NCBI GenBank assembly: GCA_964461135.1
Contig: CAYWTB010000002.1
Coordinates: 3,585 to 67,584 of the forward strand
Origin: an uncultured Caldithrix sp.
GTDB taxonomy: Bacteria > Calditrichota > Calditrichia > RBG-13-44-9
Direction of reading: 5' to 3'
DNA: 64,000 bases
Made by a program: the position numbers and the translations under genes. Shown here piece by piece: positions 1 through 8,733 of the stretch. The notes under the pieces were generated by a model that was not told the DNA's origin, did no database searches, and was given only the letters and a program-made list of their open reading frames with translations. How positions within the stretch are numbered: position 1 is the first letter of the stretch; each line of letters opens with the position of its first letter.

Positions 1-420
1 AACATACGTTTCATCCTTTTCCACTTTCAACGAGTGTACGGGCAGGTCCTGAACCATTTCATAGTAGATCTGAACCGGATACCATCCACCTTCTCTGCTT
101 CCATCATAAACACAGATCTTCATCAGTTCAGGAATTATCTCTCCAGTTTGAATAACAAATTCCGGCGTTCCATTTTTCCACCGAACCAACCATTTATGAA
201 TCGGCGTACACCGTGTCGATTTTCCACCGGCACTCACCGTAGCTAATGGTCCAGAATAAAAACGCACACTTTTATCTAAAACCTTATTTGTCGGTAACAT
301 CTGACCAACGAAGGCTTTTTCAGAACGTGAATAACTGACCACGTAATCACCAATCTCTAATTCTTCAATAGGCTTCCATTCACCCCCGGAAACAAGAACC
401 ATAGTTCCTGCAGGCTGGCA
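1..420 (-). mobile_element. Intein 2 (partial, at least 140 codons; probable mini-intein) inserted in helicase motif III
   Basis: It begins with Cys directly after VGDPRQ. Visible blocks are CQPAGTMVLVSGGEWKPIEELEIGDYVVS (Hint block A-like), STRCTPIHKWLV (TxxH block B) and VHSLKVEKDETYV (block F-like) at the window edge. No endonuclease motifs are seen. The terminal HN and +1 residue lie outside the window. Confidence 0.7.
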
Positions 421-2454
421 TTGTCTCGGATCCCCCACAGCGAAAAAATTCTGGTGCTTTGATTGCAACATCAGTGACACTTCCAGCTGTACCTTATTGG
501 TATCCTGAAATTCATCCATCAATATAAATCGAAACTTATTCTTGTAAATTTCTAATATCTGGGGCTTGCTTTTGAACATCCAGTATGTTTCAGAAAGCAT
601 ATCATCAAAACCAATCATCCGGTTCATCTCTCTCATTCGCTCATAGTACGAATAAAAATCAATAAACCAATCTTCTTTCCATCGATCAAGACCCTGTTCT
701 TCTAAAAACTGAACATAATCATGAATGGTCATACAGTTATTCTTAATCATTCCGATTTTCTGAATGGCAATTTTCGGATTCTGATAATTATTCGCTTCAA
801 TTCGCAGTTCCTTAAAACAATCCTTCACAAATTTTAACTGTCCCCAGGAATCCATAATCTGGTAATTCCTCATATTCGGCTTCCACATAGCAATCGACTC
901 ACGCAATATTCTGTTCAACTGGCTGTGAATTGTACCCACATTCAAAGTCTGAACATGATCACCAACTATCGCCATCAATCTCATTTTCATTTCATTGGCA
1001 GCATCATTGGTAAAAGTAAATACGAGCATTTCACTTGGCTTCACACCTTTCTGAATAAGCTTTCCCACCCGATGTGTCAACACGCGAGTATTATGATTCA
1101 CGAAACCATTGGCGATAAAGGAATGAGTGTCCGGAATGGTGAAGTCATAAACATCAAGCTTTTTGGCAATCGGTATTATTCTTTTGATCGGATCAAACCA
1201 AAAATTCGTTGCCAAATCAATCAAATACCGGGCATCTTTATTATCTGGTAGCAACTTACCAACATCAAGACATCTCTGCCTGGAAGGATTTCTTTTTCCT
1301 TTAAAATAATCATGTAAAGTCATACTGGGTTCTATGACTTTATTATTATGTCCATCCCACCAGGACTTTCCGACAAAATCCTTTCTCATTCTTCTGAACC
1401 GGTCTCTCTGGTGATACAGAACATCTACATTGGTATTTGCCGGACGATTAATTGCTTTTTCCAGCCTTTCCTGTTTTTGAATAGCTTCCCTGAAACCAAT
1501 TTGGTCCGAGAATCTTCTTAATGCATTACCCGTACACTGTAAAAGAAAATACATCACCCCTTTCACCATTTTTTCAATAAAAACAGTCCGTACTCCCATA
1601 TTCATCAACATTAACTGAACCTGCTTTGCTAACTCCGAAGAAGCAGTTGAAAATTCAAAAGTACATCCATAAACACCAGCATCTGTATCAAATAATCCCT
1701 GCAGAAAGGCAACCTGATCTTCTTTCACTGCGGATAAAATAGAGTGCGGAACAACTTTATTCAAAGCCCCACAATCAAGATACAATCCCAATTCTTCCAA
1801 CTTCTTCTTGATCTCAACTGAACAAACATAGTGAGTCACAGAATGACGATCAGAATCATCTTTGCGGTAATAAGACTTTACATTCGTATAACCAAATAAT
1901 TTCCGGATCAGTCTACGGAACATGACTTCTACACGAATATCCCATTTACTAAATCCAATCGTTCCTTCTCTTGACCACCCATCACCCAAAAGTAATCCCA
2001 TCAGATAGGCCATATCCTTTCCTACCCCGTTCTCTCCAAAGACCTGCGTATTAAATGCCAGTGCTGCCACGTCACCGGTTCTAATCCGATCCAGTCTTCT
2101 GAATTCCAAATCCCCATTTTCGTTAAGCACCAAAATCGGATGTTCATACGTCCCGGTAATTGAAAAACCACTCTTGGTCTCGATCCGGATAACAGACGAC
2201 TTGTCCAGTTTATACCAGTGACTTGATTTTCCACTTCTGAAACATCGTTTCTCCAAATCAAGAATTGGCATTGCGGATCCCAATTCACAGGACTCCATGC
2301 CAAACCTGTCGATTCTTTTTAATCCAGAATTACTTAACACCAGCGAATCACCTTTAACACATTTCCCAGATCCCGCGCCACTGATAACAAGCCATTGTCC
2401 ATCAAAAGTTTCTACAGCTTCCGCTTGTCGATCATCAAAACTTGCTTGTCCCAT
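1..2454 (-). CDS. UvrD/Rep/PcrA-type SF1 DNA helicase, N-terminal part (ORF runs off the left edge); host gene of two inteins
   Basis: My own minus-strand translation from ATG 2454..2452 is stop-free to position 1. The extein pieces read MGQASFDDRQAEAVETFDGQWLVISGAGSGK|T-RVLTHRVGKLIQKGVKPSEMLVFTFTNDAANEM...GTIHSQLNRILRE...FILMDEFQDTN...FAVGDPRQ|. These are Walker A, motif Ia, DExQD motif II and motif III of UvrD-like helicases. Confidence 0.85.
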   Translation of the reverse strand, partial: MGQASFDDRQAEAVETFDGQWLVISGAGSGKCVKGDSLVLSNSGLKRIDRFGMESCELGSAMPILDLEKRCFRSGKSSHWYKLDKSSVIRIETKSGFSITGTYEHPILVLNENGDLEFRRLDRIRTGDVAALAFNTQVFGENGVGKDMAYLMGLLLGDGWSREGTIGFSKWDIRVEVMFRRLIRKLFGYTNVKSYYRKDDSDRHSVTHYVCSVEIKKKLEELGLYLDCGALNKVVPHSILSAVKEDQVAFLQGLFDTDAGVYGCTFEFSTASSELAKQVQLMLMNMGVRTVFIEKMVKGVMYFLLQCTGNALRRFSDQIGFREAIQKQERLEKAINRPANTNVDVLYHQRDRFRRMRKDFVGKSWWDGHNNKVIEPSMTLHDYFKGKRNPSRQRCLDVGKLLPDNKDARYLIDLATNFWFDPIKRIIPIAKKLDVYDFTIPDTHSFIANGFVNHNTRVLTHRVGKLIQKGVKPSEMLVFTFTNDAANEMKMRLMAIVGDHVQTLNVGTIHSQLNRILRESIAMWKPNMRNYQIMDSWGQLKFVKDCFKELRIEANNYQNPKIAIQKIGMIKNNCMTIHDYVQFLEEQGLDRWKEDWFIDFYSYYERMREMNRMIGFDDMLSETYWMFKSKPQILEIYKNKFRFILMDEFQDTNKVQLEVSLMLQSKHQNFFAVGDPRQCQPAGTMVLVSGGEWKPIEELEIGDYVVSYSRSEKAFVGQMLPTNKVLDKSVRFYSGPLATVSAGGKSTRCTPIHKWLVRWKNGTPEFVIQTGEIIPELMKICVYDGSREGGWYPVQIYYEMVQDLPVHSLKVEKDETYV
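1090..2361 (-). mobile_element. Intein 1 (424 codons) with LAGLIDADG homing-endonuclease domain, inserted in the helicase P-loop
   Basis: In-frame 1272-nt insert between GAGSGK and T. It starts CVKGDSLV (block A) and has GFSITGTYEHPILV (block B, TxxH). Two LAGLIDADG motifs are present: YLMGLLLGDGW and AFLQGLFDTDAGV. VYDFTIPDTHSFIANG is block F. The insert ends FVNHN, followed by a +1 Thr that regenerates GSGKT. Confidence 0.85.
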
Positions 2455-2511
2455 ATCCTTTATCCTTTCGTTCAGTTGAACATCTGTTCAGATATTCATA
2501 TATTTATAGAT

Positions 2512-2540
2512 AAAATACTTTGTTAGAATTCCATTGTCAA
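2512..2540 (-). promoter_or_regulatory. sigma70-type promoter for the helicase gene
   Basis: Minus strand reads TTGACA (2540..2535), a 17-nt spacer (ATGGAATTCTAACAAAG), then TATTTT (2517..2512). It lies about 60 nt upstream of ATG 2454. Confidence 0.5.
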
Positions 2541-2575
2541 ATAAAAAATGTGATAAATTCAATATATACAATAAT

Positions 2576-3427
2576 TTATATTATATTTATACCATCAAAA
2601 AATGGCTTGTTTTCCATTCTGATAAAGCTTGTCTTTTTGCGAGAAAGCCTTGCCCAAATTCGCTTTCCGCATCTCGGCATTATGTCAGGCAGATTATAAT
2701 TTGTAGCAAAAACGATAATCTTTTCAGATTCAACCGCTTCCTCAATCACCCGATAGGCACGTTCATAGATCCACTGCTTTTCCGTATAATTGTAGAACAG
2801 GAATTCATCCCACATAACCACATCGGCTTGTGCAAAAGCCTCATACAATTCCTTCTCAATGGGCTCGGTAGAATCAAATCCCTCTTTTATCTTTCCGAAC
2901 ATAACCGGTTCATTGATATAAAAACAGGGGATCTCGGACAACGACAACTTATTGGTCAACGCTCCCAATAAAGCACTCTTACCCGTATTGTTCGATCCGG
3001 ATAAAATCACAAATGGTCTCCCTCTTTGAAAATTGCTCGGGTCACGCAAATGCTGGAAAGCTTTCTCTGCACCCTTTCTAATTTCCAGACTTTTAAATGC
3101 AAACCTGCCATAATCATCCGGAATACCCGAATTTTTGAAAATCTGTTTTATTCTATTCATCTTGGCTTTTTGCAGATCGGCAACTTGCCTCTGATACTCT
3201 TTCTGTTTTTCAATTCTGGCACAATTTCCACATTCACCCTTTTTCCAAGGATACTCTACCCGCTTAAAAATCCATTCCTTGTTTATCTCCCAATTATTAT
3301 TCACTGCTCCACAAACCACACACCTCCATTCATTTACCGGACACGTTTCTTCAATTTCCGGAGTCACCAAATTCATGACCTCCAGAATGGAATCACCAAC
3401 AGATTTTATCTCAGCAGTTTTTTCCAT
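2576..3427 (-). CDS. DnaC/IstB-like AAA+ ATPase (helicase loader) with N-terminal zinc ribbon
   Basis: Walker A is VILSGSNNTGKSALL and Walker B is DVVMWDEF. The N-terminal CVVCG...CGNC pair forms a zinc ribbon. The gene abuts the upstream gene (3428). Confidence 0.7.
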   Translation of the reverse strand: MEKTAEIKSVGDSILEVMNLVTPEIEETCPVNEWRCVVCGAVNNNWEINKEWIFKRVEYPWKKGECGNCARIEKQKEYQRQVADLQKAKMNRIKQIFKNSGIPDDYGRFAFKSLEIRKGAEKAFQHLRDPSNFQRGRPFVILSGSNNTGKSALLGALTNKLSLSEIPCFYINEPVMFGKIKEGFDSTEPIEKELYEAFAQADVVMWDEFLFYNYTEKQWIYERAYRVIEEAVESEKIIVFATNYNLPDIMPRCGKRIWARLSRKKTSFIRMENKPFFDGINII

Positions 3428-4153
3428 TTAAAATCCCTCAACATTCTTTTGAAATTTCTTTGCCTTGCCATTCATCAAAACTTTTTTCAGATAATTATGA
3501 TTTTTCAAATCAGTCATTTTTCGATTAGCAACCATTCTGACATTTTCAATGAACCGGGACTTATTAAAAGAATATATCTTTCCACCATATAGCAGACTTC
3601 CAGTAGAATACATATCCAGCAATTCTTCCAATAACTTGATATGCTTTTCTTTTCCCATGGCCGACATCGAAATACCTTTTTCAACCTGATTCTTGGTCAT
3701 GAATGATCTTATATAATCCTGAATAACAACCTGATCATGCATTCTGAATTTGCCATACAACTTATCCAGTTTCCTTCCCAGGCTATCGTCCTGAGCCACT
3801 TCAATCCGCAAAAGCTTTAATTCTTCCGGTGAAAACTGCTCAATCAATACTTTTACCTTGGTCAATGCCAATTTCAAAACAGGCTTTTGAATGAATCGCT
3901 CCAAATCTTTCAGATAGTAGACCTGACGAATTCGATCTATCCATCCCGATACAAATAATACCCTGAGCAGATTTCCACAATATTTTTCCGGAACTCCAGC
4001 CATTTCATAGATGTCTTGCTCTGTCAAAATCTTGCTTTTATAAAACACCCCACTAACAGGCATTTCCAGAGCAAGCTCGGCAATACAATAAGCATAATAT
4101 CGATGGGCTGGACTCAAACGGTCCAACCCATCATTTCTTGAGAACGTAATCAT
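3428..4153 (-). CDS. Hypothetical protein; its position suggests a replication initiator or organizer
   Basis: 241-aa ORF packed between the SSB-like gene and the DnaC-like gene. No diagnostic motif was recognised. Confidence 0.55.
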   Translation of the reverse strand: MITFSRNDGLDRLSPAHRYYAYCIAELALEMPVSGVFYKSKILTEQDIYEMAGVPEKYCGNLLRVLFVSGWIDRIRQVYYLKDLERFIQKPVLKLALTKVKVLIEQFSPEELKLLRIEVAQDDSLGRKLDKLYGKFRMHDQVVIQDYIRSFMTKNQVEKGISMSAMGKEKHIKLLEELLDMYSTGSLLYGGKIYSFNKSRFIENVRMVANRKMTDLKNHNYLKKVLMNGKAKKFQKNVEGF

Positions 4154-4168
4154 CCCAAAAACTCCGAA

Positions 4169-4711
4169 TTAAAAGGGAACATTGTCATCTTCATCTGCAG
4201 GATCCGGAATCGGTCCGTCAGAACCTTTTTCTTCCTGGAAATCCACCTGGGCAGGATCAACCGTTATATCAACCGGATCATTCTGACCGATCTCACTCGG
4301 AAAAACACTATCAACCCGCGTTCCCGTGTCACCACTCTGTTTGGTATATTCCCGAACATCAATCCGGCAAATCCGGCCAACGAACCCTTTCTCATCAAAA
4401 GCCGGTCCCTTGAAAGTCACATTGAGCATTTCACAGAATCCCCGGAAATAATTCAGGGTGTTCGGCTGCAAACTTCTTGTGCCGTATACAGTTCCACCCT
4501 GAGCGTCTCCTGAAACAACCTCATATTTAATGTTCAGTTTCGGGTATCCTTTCTGATCAGTTTGAACCTCAACGTCCACAATCTTGGCTTCGTAAACCCC
4601 GGGATCAATTTTCACACCACCCGGGCTCCAGCTTTCCAGATTTTCAAAATTAGTGTCTTGGGGCAACTTAATTGGCATAGTACATCTCCTTTCTTTAGGC
4701 TTTTTGTGCAA
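4169..4711 (-). CDS. Phage SSB-like protein with acidic C-terminal tail (probable true start at 4678)
   Basis: The C-terminus PDPADEDDNVPF mimics the SSB acidic tip (DDDIPF). AAAGGAG lies upstream of the internal ATG at 4678 (MPIKLPQ...). The gene sits directly after a Sak4-like ATPase, as in phage recombination modules. Confidence 0.6.
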   Translation of the reverse strand: MHKKPKERRCTMPIKLPQDTNFENLESWSPGGVKIDPGVYEAKIVDVEVQTDQKGYPKLNIKYEVVSGDAQGGTVYGTRSLQPNTLNYFRGFCEMLNVTFKGPAFDEKGFVGRICRIDVREYTKQSGDTGTRVDSVFPSEIGQNDPVDITVDPAQVDFQEEKGSDGPIPDPADEDDNVPF

Positions 4712-5552
4712 CTGGTTTAGGTTTCTGGCCTGCAGAAGCAGGCTTCTTTATTTCATCTGCTTTTGGCTTCTCAACCGATGCTTCTGCGGTCTGCGTTACC
4801 GCTTTTTTCAGTTCCGTAAACAAAAACGTGTAGTCAGCTGGTATCACTTCCGGAAATCCCCTGAAACTTCCCTTGGCTGCCACTGTATTGGTTGGCTTGA
4901 AACTGATCACCCTTTCTTCCATGTCACCCTTGGTCCGCAATTCCATATGACCACAAAAATCAATGACATGGAGAAATTCTTTGGCGAACGTTCTTCCCAC
5001 TTTCGGAAACAGCATGGATCTTTTTGCACCGGTTCCCTCAATCTCAACCTCATAGGTATCTTCATGAGCTTCAATCATGACATTGATACCTCTCCGGTTC
5101 AGGGATTTAAGCAATCTCAAATACTCCCTGCCCTTGTTTGCAGCATCCCCATACTCTTTCAGGGTGATAAACTTTTTACCACGGGCATACTGCAAGCCGA
5201 ATTCCAGAAATTTCTGTAACTCCGACCAACTGTTAATGAACAACCACTTCACGCCCATTTTGTCATAAGGCGGTTTGTCCGGAAATTCCCTTAAAAAATC
5301 ATTCCAAGCCTTCAATGCTTCGATCATATCCTTTTGCATTGAGAACTGAATAAAAGGAATATCCAGACCGTGCAAGGCTCTCATTACCCCACCTTCTTCA
5401 AATTCCGCTATCAGAATTTTCTTCCAATAACTTTTCGGCAGGGTACTTACGAGCGTTGTCTTGCCCAGACCGGACTGACTGTAAACACAGACAGTGACAC
5501 CGTGCTTACCAAGATCAGCCGTATCCTTGGCAGAAACGATCCGTAATCCCAT
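4695..5552 (-). CDS. Sak4-like / AAA_24-type phage ATPase (RecA-fold recombination protein)
   Basis: N-terminal P-loop VCVYSQSGLGKTTLVSTLP. Size is 285 aa. The position upstream of the SSB-like gene fits this family. Confidence 0.65.
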   Translation of the reverse strand: MGLRIVSAKDTADLGKHGVTVCVYSQSGLGKTTLVSTLPKSYWKKILIAEFEEGGVMRALHGLDIPFIQFSMQKDMIEALKAWNDFLREFPDKPPYDKMGVKWLFINSWSELQKFLEFGLQYARGKKFITLKEYGDAANKGREYLRLLKSLNRRGINVMIEAHEDTYEVEIEGTGAKRSMLFPKVGRTFAKEFLHVIDFCGHMELRTKGDMEERVISFKPTNTVAAKGSFRGFPEVIPADYTFLFTELKKAVTQTAEASVEKPKADEIKKPASAGQKPKPVAQKA

Positions 5553-5770
5553 ATCCTATCCTTTCTTTTTTGGTTGAACTATTAGGCAAAAATCTGTTTA
5601 GCATGATGTTTGCATATAAATTGCAGTTTAGTATACTGCATTGTCAAGTTAAATTTTTTTAGATACCAAAAAAATACCAATTTCTGATCTTTTTTCAATT
5701 TACTCCGTAATATTTACGTAACTACCATTTTAAAAGGAATTGACAAAAGTGCTGGAAGGCTTGATTTGAT

Positions 5771-5820
5771 TGGTCGGGGCGGGGAGATTTGAACTCCCGG
5801 CCTCCTGGTCCCGAACCACA
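5771..5820 (-). other. 3' fragment of a tRNA gene = integrase attachment-site core (att)
   Basis: Minus strand reads GGGAG-TTCAAAT-CTCCC (T-arm), CGCCCCG (3' acceptor strand), A, CCA. No matching 5' acceptor strand, D-arm or anticodon arm lies upstream. Confidence 0.7.
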
Positions 5821-5880
5821 TTTTGCATGTTTTTGAATCATTTGATTTTTCTATATTTCCTTAATAATCAACAATTTACA

Positions 5881-5908
5881 AAACGCACCGAAACGTACCG
5901 AAACGCAT
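5881..5908. repeat. Three tandem decamers AAACG(C/T)A(C/T)CG; candidate arm-type integrase binding sites
   Basis: The sequence is aaacgcaccg aaacgtaccg aaacgcat, located between the integrase stop (5920) and the tRNA-like core. Confidence 0.5.
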
Positions 5909-5919
5909 CAAATTAAACT

Positions 5920-7020
5920 TTACATCGCAGTATTATCGCATTTCAGGCTACTTGACAACAAATCCACTCCAGAATTTTTCTTAATTTCAAAATTAACACA
6001 GTTCTTATCTCTATGTAAACTATCCGGAGCCAGCTTGGCATAGATCTGAACAGTTTGAATATCCGAATGTCCAAGTATATCTTTTAAATGATACAGGTTC
6101 CCACCATTCATTACAAAATAGGAAGCATACGTATGCCTTAAATCATGAAACCGACCATTAATTTTGGTTTTCATCTGAAATCTTCGCCACATCGAACTGA
6201 CCGCCGATTCGTTTTTAATTTCCCAAAACACTTTCGGATTCTTGATATGTCTTAATCGATTTTTCAAAATTCTAAGTGCCTCATAATTCAATGGCACCAT
6301 TCTGGACTTATCATTCTTCCCATAAGGCATGACCTGTTCTTTTCCCAAATCCACATGATCTGGCCATTTCAACCTTAACAATTCCTTTCTTCTTAATCCC
6401 GTATTTATTGCCAGAAAGACGAAATCTACTTGCCACTTCGGATGCCTGGGATCAGAAAAATATTCTCTTATAACTTCAATCTCATCATCCCTAAAATATC
6501 TCGGAACATCATTAACCGGTCCGGGAACACGACCACTAAACGGATTTTTCTGGACATATCCCCACTTAATTGCCACATTCAACATTTTACGCAAATTAAT
6601 CAGATGATGCCTGACTGATCCCATTGAATAATTCGCCAGAAAATAACCCATCACCTTCTTTTCAACCAAAACATCATCCAGTCTTCGAATATCTATATCA
6701 CCAAGAATGTCTAATAATTTATCAGCAGTTTCTTCATAGTCTGTTTTTGTTCTGGGCTTGATCTTTTTACCATTCTTTGTAACCATAATAGGCAAGTACT
6801 TTTTCCACTCATCTATAAATCCAGCCAAACGAATTCCCTGTTTGCTTGATCTGTCCAGAAACGATGGATCCAAAGAGCCCATGCTTATCTCATAATCAAT
6901 TTGACTTTGTATTTTCTTCGCAGCCTTATATTCTGAAACACCTAAACTTTTATGATACTTTCTACCACCATAATAAAATTCAAGAGAATAATTCTTCCCT
7001 TCTTTTCTCAAATAACTCAA
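5920..7020 (-). CDS. int: Tyrosine site-specific integrase
   Basis: C-terminal catalytic signature FHDLRHTYASY...LGHSDIQTVQIYAKL (R..HxxR..H..Y). An N-terminal SAM-like/arm region is present. The gene is adjacent to the tRNA-fragment att core and an excisionase. Confidence 0.9.
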   Translation of the reverse strand: MSYLRKEGKNYSLEFYYGGRKYHKSLGVSEYKAAKKIQSQIDYEISMGSLDPSFLDRSSKQGIRLAGFIDEWKKYLPIMVTKNGKKIKPRTKTDYEETADKLLDILGDIDIRRLDDVLVEKKVMGYFLANYSMGSVRHHLINLRKMLNVAIKWGYVQKNPFSGRVPGPVNDVPRYFRDDEIEVIREYFSDPRHPKWQVDFVFLAINTGLRRKELLRLKWPDHVDLGKEQVMPYGKNDKSRMVPLNYEALRILKNRLRHIKNPKVFWEIKNESAVSSMWRRFQMKTKINGRFHDLRHTYASYFVMNGGNLYHLKDILGHSDIQTVQIYAKLAPDSLHRDKNCVNFEIKKNSGVDLLSSSLKCDNTAM

Positions 7021-7118
7021 TTCACGCCTCCAGCTTATTAGCCTATTCTTAATAGACTAATATACAGTTTATCAAACTGCAAATATATCATAAATACAAG
7101 TGATTATCATCACTTTTT

Positions 7119-7376
7119 TTATTTCACACTATCCACCAATGTCTTTACGACTCTTCTTTTTTGCTTCTCTATATCTATCTTATCTTTTTCCATCAAATAA
7201 TCCAAATCCTTCACATCAAACCGTGGCGATCTATTGCCCTGGGGCTTACTGTATGGCAATACTCCATCCCTCATCCAGATTTCAAGCTGTCTCACACTAT
7301 ATCCAGTATATAATGATGCCTGTTCTTTATTTAGCCATCGTGGCCATACCTGTAAAATCACTGAACCCATACTCAT
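7119..7376 (-). CDS. xis: AlpA/Xis-type helix-turn-helix excisionase
   Basis: WLNKEQASLYTGYSVRQLEIWMRDGVLPY resembles excisionase-family HTH proteins. The gene lies immediately upstream of int. Confidence 0.6.
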   Translation of the reverse strand: MSMGSVILQVWPRWLNKEQASLYTGYSVRQLEIWMRDGVLPYSKPQGNRSPRFDVKDLDYLMEKDKIDIEKQKRRVVKTLVDSVK

Positions 7377-7417
7377 TCCTTGTGGTTTAGTATACTATAC
7401 TTTTTGACCAAAAAAAA

Positions 7418-7984
7418 TCAAATCCAATGCGGAAACTCCAAGCATTCTTTAATTCGTTTTTCATAACCTGCAATTTGCTTTTTCAATTTGGTTATTCTGT
7501 CAGAAAGCCTGGAATTCAGTTCATACAGAGACCGTGGATCCGCATGCTTTAACTCGGCCTGTTCTTCTTCCCGTTTTATCAATTCATCAGCCCTGGCCAA
7601 GAGTGGATCCAATTCTTCCTGCAAATCCTTTTTGTATTCTGCCATTCTCTCCACTCTTTTCCGGTTGTTTATCAATCCGGTCTGTGTCTCACAGTGAGAC
7701 ACGCCTTCCTCCACAACCTCTATTTCGGTCTGCAGATCCATTTCACCGGGCGTTAAAACTTCTTGTTTTGCTGAAATATCCTCCTGGAATACTTCATTTT
7801 CATTAATCAGATCGTTTTCACCAGACTCCATGACCTCCGGTTTCGGGTCTGGAACCGGTTGAACTTCCATTTCCTGGGATTTTAACTTTCCTATTTCGAC
7901 CTGAATTCGCTGAAATTCAGTAATCGATATATTAGGATTAAGAAGCTGGCGTTTTAACTGTACGATTTCCCGGGCAACATCCAT
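7418..7984 (-). CDS. Hypothetical coiled-coil protein (contains a hairpin-family copy in frame)
   Basis: 188-aa ORF rich in E/K/Q heptad-like sequence. The palindrome at 7684-7702 encodes VSHCET. Confidence 0.55.
   Translation of the reverse strand: MDVAREIVQLKRQLLNPNISITEFQRIQVEIGKLKSQEMEVQPVPDPKPEVMESGENDLINENEVFQEDISAKQEVLTPGEMDLQTEIEVVEEGVSHCETQTGLINNRKRVERMAEYKKDLQEELDPLLARADELIKREEEQAELKHADPRSLYELNSRLSDRITKLKKQIAGYEKRIKECLEFPHWI
7684..7702. repeat. Hairpin-family copy 1
   Basis: GTGTCTCAC-a-GTGAGACAC, a perfect 9-bp inverted repeat inside ORF 7418..7984. Confidence 0.8.
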
Positions 7985-7986
7985 TC

Positions 7987-8433
7987 CTATTTCTCCTCAT
8001 CGATTTTCAGATTTTCTATCCACTGCAAAGACGCTTTCCCATCCAGGGTTGCCACTTTTAAACATGACCGGCTATATCTGTAACTTACTGGTAATTCACC
8101 TTTCAGAATTTTAATCGCAGAATCCACAACACTTCCACCAAACACACTAAATCCGGTTTCCACAAAATAAACAGCTTCCTCAATTTCATCAGTCCTGTCC
8201 CGGAATTTGCCATTAAACATTAATTCATCACAAATATCAACCTGACGATCATCATCAGTAAAAAAGTCCCATCCAACTGAATGATGGTCAAACATTTTCC
8301 CGCTGAACAGTACCGCTCCATCCGGTTCAAAAATTCTTACAGGAATGACAAAAGCATAATTCTCGCCAAGATTTTCATCAAGTCCTAATGGACCAGTCTG
8401 TTCAATAGTTACAATAACCGATCTGTGTCCCAT
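7987..8433 (-). CDS. Hypothetical protein
   Basis: 148-aa ORF, tightly packed in the same-strand operon (2-nt gap to 7984). Confidence 0.55.
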   Translation of the reverse strand: MGHRSVIVTIEQTGPLGLDENLGENYAFVIPVRIFEPDGAVLFSGKMFDHHSVGWDFFTDDDRQVDICDELMFNGKFRDRTDEIEEAVYFVETGFSVFGGSVVDSAIKILKGELPVSYRYSRSCLKVATLDGKASLQWIENLKIDEEK

Positions 8434-8448
8434 ATAACATCCCCTTTC

Positions 8449-8730
8449 TTATAATATTTCCCATTTACCTTTTCCATCTTCCTGATATTTCAAGGTCGTA
8501 CAACCGGCATCGTTAGCTGCCCAATCTAAAACATCAAACGGATACTCATCATTGGAATCAAATCTGCCCTCATAAGACAGGTTTCCATCATCATCATATA
8601 ACCGAAATCTATCCGGAAGTTTTTCTTTCCATTCTTTTGGTGGGGGGCAATCCTTCGAACACACACCCTGCCGATTGAGAGAATCATGCTCACCGTTATT
8701 AATATAATCTTTCGTAATAACCCAGGGCAT
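8449..8730 (-). CDS. Hypothetical protein
   Basis: 93-aa ORF in the same-strand operon. Confidence 0.55.
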   Translation of the reverse strand: MPWVITKDYINNGEHDSLNRQGVCSKDCPPPKEWKEKLPDRFRLYDDDGNLSYEGRFDSNDEYPFDVLDWAANDAGCTTLKYQEDGKGKWEIL

Positions 8731-8733
8731 CGT

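Noticed and set aside
2022-2303. Track ORFs inside the helicase/intein region (34..246, 925..1251, 2022..2303, 2297..2479)
   Set aside because: They are out of frame with, or antisense to, the continuous 818-codon helicase-intein reading frame, which carries strong motifs.
3026-5268. Long plus-strand ORFs antisense to minus-strand genes (e.g. 3026..3592, 4653..5219, 18199..18654, 53985..54548, 60005..60451, 60813..61157)
   Set aside because: Their composition is low-complexity and hydrophobic or Ser/Phe/Leu-rich, as expected for antisense frames of AT-rich genes. They have no RBS or motifs. The opposite-strand genes have clear domain signatures.
5771-5850. Complete tRNA gene
   Set aside because: Only the T-arm, 3' acceptor strand and CCA are present. 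The complementary 5' acceptor strand (CGGGGCG), D-arm and a 7-nt anticodon loop cannot be found upstream. It is treated as an att core.
5920-7020. This tyrosine recombinase as the integron integrase for the cassette-like array at 40-47 kb
   Set aside because: It lies 34 kb away. It is paired with an excisionase and a tRNA-derived att core, which is the phage-type arrangement. It is not divergently placed next to the array.
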